Source: an uncultured Candidatus Rokubacteria bacterium (GTDB lineage: Bacteria > Methylomirabilota > Methylomirabilia > Rokubacteriales > DASRDR01). From it: a stretch of 64,000 nt of DNA. Position 1 is the stretch's first letter. Every line of letters begins with the position of its first letter. Of the stretch, positions 57,110-64,000 are shown piece after piece. The notes beneath the pieces were generated by a model. It made no database searches. It was not told the DNA's origin and saw only the letters and a list, made by a program, of their open reading frames with translations. The stretch spans positions 800,001 through 864,000 of the forward strand of contig CAWDVE010000010.1 of assembly GCA_963805625.1 (NCBI GenBank), read 5' to 3'. A program made the position numbers and the translations under genes.

Positions 57110-58741
57110 ATGCAGCGGATGACCGGCGGGCAGGCCCTGGTGGCCTCGCTCCATCGCGAGGGCGTGCGCGTGGTCTTCGGGCTCCCGGGCGTCCAGCTCT
57201 ACGGCGCGATGGCCGCCCTCCGCGACGAGCCTGGAATCCGCTTCCTGGCCACCCGCCACGAGCAAGCCACGACATACATGGCCGACGGCTACGCGCGAGC
57301 GAGCGGTGGCATCGGCGTCGCGCTGGTCGTGCCCGGACCGGGCCTCCTCAACGCCTCCGCGGGCCTCTCCACCGCCTACTCGGCGTCGTCGCCGGTCCTC
57401 GTGGTGGCGGGACAGATCCCCAAAGGGAAGATCGGCCTGAACATCGGCCTCCTCCACGAGGTGAACGACCAGCTCGACGCGATCGCCCCCATCACAAAGT
57501 GGCGACACCGGGTGCTCGAGGTCGCGGAGATCCCCGCCGCGATCCGTGAGGCGGCCCGCCAGCTCCGGACCGGTCGGCCGCGCCCCGTCGTCGTGGACAT
57601 CCCGCCGGAGACGCTCGAGGACGAGGGCGAGGTCACCCTCCTGGATCCGGCCCCGGCCGAGCGGCCGCCGGCGGCGCCGGCCGAGCTCGAGCGCGCCATC
57701 GAGCTCCTGGTGGCGGCACGGAACCCGGTAATCGTGGCCGGCGGCGGCGTCAACCTCGGGGGCGCCCACGATGCCCTCCGCGCCGTCGCCGAGCACCTGC
57801 AGGCCGCCGTCGTCATGACCGCTGAGGGCAAGGGGGCGCTGAGCGACGCGAGCGACCTCTCGCTGGGCGCCGCGCTCTGGCCCGGCTCCCCGGTCCGCCT
57901 CCATCTGGACCGGGCGGACGTCGTCCTCGCCGTCGGCACGCGGCTGGCGACGGTGCCGCTCCAGCCGGCGCAGCAGGTGATCCAGATCGACGTGGACCCG
58001 GAGGAGATCGGCCGCAACCACCCGGGAACGCACGGTCTGGTCGGCGACGCCCGGGTCACGCTCGAGCGGCTCGGCGACCGACTCCGCGCGGCTGGCCCGG
58101 CGCGTCCGTCACGCCGCGCCGAGCGCGAGGCCGTGCGGGCAGCGACGACGGCCGCCGACGACCAGGAGCCCCAGGCCTCCATCCAGCGGAGCCTCCGCGC
58201 CGGGACGCCGCCCGGCGCCATCCTGGTCGGCGACATGACCCAGATCGGCTATCACTCGCGGCCATTCTGGCCCGTCTACGAGCCCCGGACCTACCTCACG
58301 TCCTCGTACTCCGGCAATCTCGGCTACGGCTTCCCCACCGCGCTGGGCGCCAAGGTCGCGTGCCCCGACCGACCCGTCGTCGCGGTGTGCGGCGACGGCG
58401 GCTTCCTCTTCAACAGCCAGGAGCTGTCGACGGCGGTACGGCACGGGATCGGGGTGGTGGTCGTCGTGTTCAACGACGACGCCTACGGCAACGTCGCCCG
58501 GGACCTCGACGAGGCCTGGGGCGGCAGCGTCGGCGCCGATCTCGCGAACCCCGACTTCGTGCGGCTCGCCGAGGCGTACGGCGTGACGGGCCTCCGGGCC
58601 AAGGAGCCGACGGATGTAGGTGATCTCGTCCACGAGGCGATCGCGCTCGAGCGCCCGGTGCTGATCGAGGTCCCCGTGGGGCGCATGCCCCGTCCCCGGT
58701 TCTTCGCCCCGCGCCGCGCGCCGAAACGGCTGGACCGGTAA
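57110..58741 (+). CDS. Thiamine diphosphate-dependent enzyme (acetolactate synthase-like)
   Basis: VFGLPG, RHEQ, PGPG, GDGGFLF...FNDDAYG ThDP motif. Confidence 0.9.
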   Translation: MQRMTGGQALVASLHREGVRVVFGLPGVQLYGAMAALRDEPGIRFLATRHEQATTYMADGYARASGGIGVALVVPGPGLLNASAGLSTAYSASSPVLVVAGQIPKGKIGLNIGLLHEVNDQLDAIAPITKWRHRVLEVAEIPAAIREAARQLRTGRPRPVVVDIPPETLEDEGEVTLLDPAPAERPPAAPAELERAIELLVAARNPVIVAGGGVNLGGAHDALRAVAEHLQAAVVMTAEGKGALSDASDLSLGAALWPGSPVRLHLDRADVVLAVGTRLATVPLQPAQQVIQIDVDPEEIGRNHPGTHGLVGDARVTLERLGDRLRAAGPARPSRRAEREAVRAATTAADDQEPQASIQRSLRAGTPPGAILVGDMTQIGYHSRPFWPVYEPRTYLTSSYSGNLGYGFPTALGAKVACPDRPVVAVCGDGGFLFNSQELSTAVRHGIGVVVVVFNDDAYGNVARDLDEAWGGSVGADLANPDFVRLAEAYGVTGLRAKEPTDVGDLVHEAIALERPVLIEVPVGRMPRPRFFAPRRAPKRLDR

Positions 58742-58790
58742 GGCGTCACGACCTGCACGCCACCAGCAAAGGTGGGCAGAGGAAGTCACC

Positions 58791-59732
58791 ATGTGCGGCA
58801 TCGCCGGCTTCTTCGACAAGTCCGACGTCGGTAGGGCCCCCGCGGGCGCGACGCTCCTCCGGATGCTCACCGCGCTGAGCTGCCGCGGGCCCGACTCCGC
58901 CGGGGTCGCCCTCTGGGGGCCCGGCGAAGACGGCCTCATCGTACGGGTGAAGCTCGGCGACGGGGGCGATCTCGAAGCGCGCCGGCGCGAGGTCCTTCGG
59001 CGGGCCAGGCGGGCGACCCGCGTCCAGGCCTCCGCGGTACAGGGCGCCCTCCTCCGCCTCGTGGTCGCGAAGACCGATCCGGCAGAGCTGGCGGCCGCCA
59101 TCGAGAGCGTGGCCCCCGATGTCGAGGTCGTGAGCATGGGGCAACGGCTCGAGATCGTGAAGCAGGTCGGCGCGCCGGGAGGCCTCGACGCCGAGTTCGC
59201 CGTCTCCACGTGGACCGGCACCCACGGGCTCGGGCACACGCGCCTGTCGACGGAGAGCCGCGTCGATCTCTCCCACTCCCAGCCCTTCTGGGCCCACGGG
59301 ACGCCCGATCTCGCCGTGGTGCATAACGGGCACATCTGCAACTACCACCGGCTCCGCCGGATGTACGAGCAGGAGGGCGTGCGCTTCTACACGGAGAACG
59401 ACTCCGAGATCATCGGCCTCTACCTGGCCCGGCAGCTCGCGGCCGGACGGACACTCGGAGAGGCGTTCAGAGCGTCGGTGCGCGACCTCGACGGCAGCTT
59501 CAGCTACCTGGCCGCGACCGCCGACGCATTCGGGTTCGCCAAGGATCCCTTCAGCCTGAAGCCGCTGATCGTCGCGGAGAGCGAGGGCGCCGTCGCCATC
59601 GCCAACGAGGAGGTCGCGCTCCAGGCCGCGCTCGGTGGCCGGTACCACGCACGCGAGGCTGGGGCGGGCGCCACCGGGCTGTGGGAGCTCAAAGGCCGAG
59701 CGTCGGTGCGTCGCGTGCGCCGGGTCGCGTGA
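58791..59732 (+). CDS. mgsA: N-methylglutamate synthase subunit A (GlxB-like class II amidotransferase)
   Basis: MCGIAG, RGPDSAG, GHTRLSTES, HNG, ENDSE; operon context. Confidence 0.85.
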   Translation: MCGIAGFFDKSDVGRAPAGATLLRMLTALSCRGPDSAGVALWGPGEDGLIVRVKLGDGGDLEARRREVLRRARRATRVQASAVQGALLRLVVAKTDPAELAAAIESVAPDVEVVSMGQRLEIVKQVGAPGGLDAEFAVSTWTGTHGLGHTRLSTESRVDLSHSQPFWAHGTPDLAVVHNGHICNYHRLRRMYEQEGVRFYTENDSEIIGLYLARQLAAGRTLGEAFRASVRDLDGSFSYLAATADAFGFAKDPFSLKPLIVAESEGAVAIANEEVALQAALGGRYHAREAGAGATGLWELKGRASVRRVRRVA

Positions 59733-59733
59733 G

Positions 59734-60423
59734 ATGAAGGCGATCGACTGCGCGCCCCTGACCGTCAGGCAGATCAACGAGTCCATCCGGCGGCTGATCG
59801 AGGCCGGAGAGCGCGAGATCCTCCTCCAGAACCCTGGCGCCCGGCACAACCTCGCCGTGGCCGTCCTCACCGACACGGCCATCACCATCGACGGGCCGGT
59901 GGGCTACTACGCGGGCGGGATGAGTGACGGCGTCCGGCTCACGATCCACGGGTCGGCGGGCTGGGGCCTCGCCGAGTGCCTCATGTCGGGCACCGTCGTC
60001 GTCGACGGCAACGCGGGGAACAGCGCCGCCGCCTCGATCCGGGGAGGCACCGTCGTCGTGCGGGGCGACGCCGCCGCGCGGGCCGGCGTGTCGATGAAAG
60101 GCGGCCTTCTCGTCATCGGCGGTGGCTGCGGCTATATGACCGGCTTCATGATGCAGCGCGGCCGGATCATCGTGTGCGGCGACGCGGGCGATGCGCTCGC
60201 CGACTCGATGTACGAAGGGGTCATCTACGTGGGTGGCGAGATCGCCGCGCTGGGCAGCGACGCGGTCGTGTCGGAGGCAAGCGCCGCCGAACTGATGGAG
60301 ATCCGCGCCACGCTCGCGCACCACGGCCTCGAGGGGCCACCCGCCTTCCGGAAGGTCGTGTCCGGACGCAAGCTCTGGAACTACGACAAGAAGGACATGG
60401 AGACATGGAAGGCCGCGTTCTGA
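59734..60423 (+). CDS. mgsB: N-methylglutamate synthase subunit B (GlxC, GXGXG repeat)
   Basis: NPGARHNLAV, GYYAGGM, GISMKG-like, DALADSMYEG, SGRKLWN. Confidence 0.87.
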   Translation: MKAIDCAPLTVRQINESIRRLIEAGEREILLQNPGARHNLAVAVLTDTAITIDGPVGYYAGGMSDGVRLTIHGSAGWGLAECLMSGTVVVDGNAGNSAAASIRGGTVVVRGDAAARAGVSMKGGLLVIGGGCGYMTGFMMQRGRIIVCGDAGDALADSMYEGVIYVGGEIAALGSDAVVSEASAAELMEIRATLAHHGLEGPPAFRKVVSGRKLWNYDKKDMETWKAAF

Positions 60424-61739
60424 GACCGCTGCGCCCGAGTCAGATCTACCGCCCCGACGTGATGGAGGACATCCACGTCAAGGCGGAGCTGGGCCGGTAC
60501 CGCTTCCGGGGCTTCGGCACGCTCCGGCCCCGGCCCCTTCCCAGCCTCGACGATCTGACGTTCATCCCCTGCTCGCTCACCCGGATCCCGCTCGAGGGCT
60601 ACCGCGAGCGGTGCCGCACCACGACCGTCCTCGGGACGCGCCACGCCAAGCGGCCGATCGAGCTCGAGATCCCGGTGATGATCACCGGCATGAGCTGGGG
60701 GGCACTCTCCTACAACGCCAAGGTCGCCCTCGCCCAGGGCGCGCGGGCCGCCGGCACCTCGACGACCACCGGCGACGGGGGCATGCTGCCGGCGGAGCGG
60801 GAACACTCCCGCGTCCTCGTGTACGAGGTGCTCCCGAGCCGGTACGGCATGAACGTCCATCATCTCCGCTCGGCCGACGGGATCGAGCTCACCGTGGGCC
60901 AGGGGGCCAAACCCGGCACGGGGGGCATGCTGCTCGGCTCCAAGATCTCCGCCGAGATCGCCGCGGCCCGCGAGCTGCCGCCGGGGGTGGACCAGCGCAG
61001 CCCGGCGCGGCACCCAGACTGGCTCGGCCCCGACGACATGATCATCAAGATCGAGGAGCTGCGCGAGGCCACCGACTGGCAGGTTCCGATCTTCGTGAAG
61101 ATGGGCGCCACGCGCGTCTACGACGACGTCAAGCTGGCGGCGAAGGCGGGGGCCGACGTCGTGGTGGTGGACGGCATGGAGGGCGGCACCGCGGCGTCGC
61201 CGGACATCCTCCAGGACCACACCGGCATCCCGACCCTGGCCGCGGTTTGCGAGGCCCGTCAGGCGCTCCAGGACATGGGTCTCTACGGCCAGGTCCAGCT
61301 GATCATCGCGGGCGGGATCCGGTCCGGCGCGGACGCGGCCAAGGCCCTGGCGCTCGGCGCCGACGCGGTCTACATCGGGACGGCGGCGCTGATCGCGCTC
61401 AACTGCAACAAGCCCATCCACCTCGAAGACTACGAGGCGCTCGGAACGGAGCCCTACGCCTGCCACCACTGCCACACCGGTCGGTGTCCGGTCGGGATCA
61501 CCACCCAGGATCCCGAGCTCATGAAGCGTCTGCCCATTCCCGAGGCCGCCGAGCGGGTCACGAATTTCCTCAACGCCATGACACTCGAAATCCAGATGCT
61601 CGCCCGGGCGTGCGGCAAGGCCGACGTCCACGACCTCGAGCCCGAGGATCTGCGCGCGCTCACGCTGGAGTCCTCGGCGATCACCGGACTGCCGCTCGTC
61701 GGCACCCACTGGGTGCCCGGCCGGGGGCGGGAGCTCTAG
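60405..61739 (+). CDS. mgsC: N-methylglutamate synthase subunit C (GlxD, FMN-binding glutamate synthase family)
   Basis: PLEGYRE, GMSWG, TTTGDGG, GQGAKPG.GG, RHPDW.GPDD, CHHCHTGRCPVG. Confidence 0.9.
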   Translation: MEGRVLRPLRPSQIYRPDVMEDIHVKAELGRYRFRGFGTLRPRPLPSLDDLTFIPCSLTRIPLEGYRERCRTTTVLGTRHAKRPIELEIPVMITGMSWGALSYNAKVALAQGARAAGTSTTTGDGGMLPAEREHSRVLVYEVLPSRYGMNVHHLRSADGIELTVGQGAKPGTGGMLLGSKISAEIAAARELPPGVDQRSPARHPDWLGPDDMIIKIEELREATDWQVPIFVKMGATRVYDDVKLAAKAGADVVVVDGMEGGTAASPDILQDHTGIPTLAAVCEARQALQDMGLYGQVQLIIAGGIRSGADAAKALALGADAVYIGTAALIALNCNKPIHLEDYEALGTEPYACHHCHTGRCPVGITTQDPELMKRLPIPEAAERVTNFLNAMTLEIQMLARACGKADVHDLEPEDLRALTLESSAITGLPLVGTHWVPGRGREL

Positions 61740-61842
61740 GGTCTCCGGCCGACGTCTTCCTGCCGAGGGAGACTGGCCGCCCACCGAGACAGGCCACCGC
61801 GCCCCCACGTCGCGCCCTCAACGTCGGGCCAAGGAGCCACGG

Positions 61843-63204
61843 ATGACCCTGGAGCAGATTCGCTCGCGAGTCCAGAAGGACAAGGTCGACTACATCCTGG
61901 CTCAGTTCGTGGACATTCACGGCACGCCGCGCTGCAAGGGAGTCCCGGCGCGGGCGCTCGATCTCTTCATCGAGGGATCCGCCGGCTTCGCCGGCGCGGC
62001 GGTGTCTGGGATGGGACAGGGCCCGCACGATCACGACATGATCGCGATCCCCGACCTCGGCTCCTACACGCCGGTCCCGTGGGAAACGGGCGTCGCTCGC
62101 TTCGCGTGCGACATCACGGTGGACGGCCAGACCTGGCCCTACTGTCCGAGGACGGCGCTCCGCCGCATGACCTCCGAGCTCCTGCGCGAGGGGTTCGTGA
62201 TGATGGTCGGCGCGGAGGCGGAGCACTTCCTCGTGCGGCGGCGGGAGGACGGCAGCATCGAGCCGTTCGACCCGGACGGCGTCGACACGCTCGAGAAGCC
62301 CTGCTACGACTTCAAGAGCCTGGCCGGGTCGATGGGCTACCTCCGCACGCTGGTGAAATACCTCGACCAGCTCGGCTGGGAGCCCTACGCCTCCGACCAC
62401 GAGGACGGGACGGCGCAGTTCGAGATCAACTGGAAGTACTCGGACGCCCTTACGACCGCGGATCGGGTCACCTTCTTCAAGATGATGACAAGCCAGGTGG
62501 CCAAGACCTTCGGCGCCATCGCGACCCACATGCCGAAGCCGTTCGCCCACCTCACCGGGTCCGGCACTCACTTCCACATCTCGCTCTGGGACGCCGCCCG
62601 GCAGCGGAATCTGTTCCTGGACGCGCGTGACCCGCGCGGCCTCGGGCTGTCCCGCCTGGCATATCAGTTCCTCGGAGGCGTCGTCCAGCACGCCCCTGCC
62701 CTCACCGCCGTGGTCGCCCCGACCGTGAACGACTACAAGCGCCTCTCGGTCGGCGAGTTCCTGACCGGGGTCACCTCCGGCTTCACCTGGACCCCCGCGT
62801 TCATCAGTTACGGCGACAACAACCGCACCCAGATGTTCCGGGTGCCCGAGCCGGGACGCTTCGAGTGCCGCCTGGTCTCCGGCTCCGTGAACCCGTACCT
62901 TGGCATGGCTGCCTTCGTCGCCGCCGGTCTCGACGGCATTCGCCGCCAGCTCGATCCCGGAGAGCCGAACGTCCGGAAGAACATGTACCGCGTGACCCTG
63001 GACGAGGTGAGGCGAGAAAAAATCGGCTTCATCCCCCAGAGCCTGGCCGACGCGATCACCTGCTTCGAGGCGGACCCCGTCGTCCAGCAGGCTCTCGGGG
63101 CCGAGCTCTCCGCGGAGTTCGTCAAGATGAAGCGGCAGGAGTGGGTGCGGTACCACAGCACGGTGAGCCGCTGGGAGATCGACCGCTACCTCACCCTGTT
63201 CTGA
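61843..63204 (+). CDS. gmaS: Gamma-glutamylmethylamide synthetase / type III glutamine synthetase (GlnT)
   Basis: GFAGAA, EAEHFL, KPCYD, DHEDG..QFEIN, MPKPF..LTGSG.H.H, YGDNNRT; follows mgsABC. Confidence 0.82.
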   Translation: MTLEQIRSRVQKDKVDYILAQFVDIHGTPRCKGVPARALDLFIEGSAGFAGAAVSGMGQGPHDHDMIAIPDLGSYTPVPWETGVARFACDITVDGQTWPYCPRTALRRMTSELLREGFVMMVGAEAEHFLVRRREDGSIEPFDPDGVDTLEKPCYDFKSLAGSMGYLRTLVKYLDQLGWEPYASDHEDGTAQFEINWKYSDALTTADRVTFFKMMTSQVAKTFGAIATHMPKPFAHLTGSGTHFHISLWDAARQRNLFLDARDPRGLGLSRLAYQFLGGVVQHAPALTAVVAPTVNDYKRLSVGEFLTGVTSGFTWTPAFISYGDNNRTQMFRVPEPGRFECRLVSGSVNPYLGMAAFVAAGLDGIRRQLDPGEPNVRKNMYRVTLDEVRREKIGFIPQSLADAITCFEADPVVQQALGAELSAEFVKMKRQEWVRYHSTVSRWEIDRYLTLF

Positions 63205-63256
63205 GCGGGTTCCCCTCGGACCCGGCACACGCGACCGCCGGAAGCTAGGAATCTGG

Positions 63257-63868
63257 ATGAGTGATCCGACGTTCGCCGGGCTCCGGCTGCGATTCATCGG
63301 CTCCGGCGACGCTTTCGGCAGCGGCGGGCGCCTCCAGACCTGCCTCTGCCTCGAGGGTCCCGGCGGCCGGGTCCTGATCGACTGTGGCGCGACGGCCCTC
63401 ATCGGCATGAAACGCGCGGGCGTCGATCCAGGATCGGTCGGCTGCGTCCTCCTCTCCCACCTCCACGGCGACCACTTCGGCGGTGTTCCCTTCCTCGTCC
63501 TCGACGGCCAGTTCGGTCGGCGCGAGAGCCCACTCGTGGTCGCCGGCCCGCCGGGGTCCCGGGAGCGCGTGACGGCGGCGATGGAGATCCGGTTCCCCGG
63601 CTCCTCCCGGGCGGCCCGCCGATTCACCACCGACCTCGTGGAGATCCCGCCGGGGGCTCCCACTGCGATCGGCTCAATGCTGGTCACCGGGTTCATCCTG
63701 AGGGGGCAACTGGAGATCGGGCTCAGCGATGGCACACTCCATCGATTCGGGCGCGGTGATGCCCGTCTGGTGGAGGACACGACCGGGGCTGGGCACACGA
63801 CGCGGGTGGTCGGGAGCGGGCCTTGCCTCACGATGTTGGTCCCGCTCGGCGGCGACGGAGACCACTGA
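63257..63868 (+). CDS. Chimera: N-terminal MBL-fold hydrolase (RNase Z-like) joined in frame to a cupin C-terminal half
   Basis: GSGDAFGSGGR, LIDCG, SHLHGDHFGG, then at ~63690 FILRGQLEIGLSDG..HRFG.GD..LVEDTTGAGHTTRVVG. Confidence 0.7.
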   Translation: MSDPTFAGLRLRFIGSGDAFGSGGRLQTCLCLEGPGGRVLIDCGATALIGMKRAGVDPGSVGCVLLSHLHGDHFGGVPFLVLDGQFGRRESPLVVAGPPGSRERVTAAMEIRFPGSSRAARRFTTDLVEIPPGAPTAIGSMLVTGFILRGQLEIGLSDGTLHRFGRGDARLVEDTTGAGHTTRVVGSGPCLTMLVPLGGDGDH

Positions 63869-63890
63869 CCGTCGAGGGTTGGCTGGGATC

Positions 63891-64000
63891 ATGAGCGGGC
63901 GGCTTCCCGAGGTCGTCATCGTCGGGGGCGGCTTCGGCGGGCTCTACGCCGCCAGGACGCTGAGGGGCGCGCCCGTGCACGTCACGATCGTGGACCGACG
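63891..64000 (+). CDS. ndh: Type II NADH dehydrogenase-like FAD oxidoreductase, partial (5' end)
   Basis: MSGRLPEVVIVGGGFGGLYAARTL...VHVTIVDR. Confidence 0.75.
   Translation, partial: MSGRLPEVVIVGGGFGGLYAARTLRGAPVHVTIVDR

Noticed and set aside
1-64000. CRISPR arrays, tRNA/rRNA, IS elements, selenocysteine read-through
   Set aside because: No regular repeat-spacer units, RNA-gene signatures, transposase motifs or in-frame TGA at catalytic positions seen by eye; a covariance-model scan was not possible

Overview
Very GC-rich (~70% by eye), gene-dense bacterial chromosome segment. I found no rRNA, tRNA, CRISPR array, integrase or transposase. The content (many ABC importers, a zinc-ribbon/cyclase/AAA/TPR protein, methylamine genes) resembles soil Rokubacteria/Methylomirabilota; that taxonomy is inference only. 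Main blocks in order: (1) tusA and an IscS-like gene whose PLP-binding Lys is replaced by Asp; (2) an HTH-REC regulator, citrate synthase, aconitase, prpF and a Liv-type ABC importer; (3) a Dpp/Opp ABC importer, with ~15 single-base insertions in its first two genes (probably sequencing error), followed by a MetE-like enzyme and a Zn dehydrogenase; (4) DUF4242, a class III cyclase-ATPase and mpg; (5) a GcvT-family dehydrogenase divergent from a second Dpp system; (6) a moaA...kynU-M29-like-SDR-Gfo/Idh run; (7) a third Dpp system with GNAT, racemase and MFS; (8) htrA, GT39, dusB and a ThDP enzyme; (9) the N-methylglutamate pathway genes mgsABC-gmaS. At least six truncated or collapsed genes recur through the window (P450, MFS, SMP-30, O-antigen ligase, EamA, MBL/cupin), and most keep start, stop and frame. 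All family calls come from motif recognition, not database searches.
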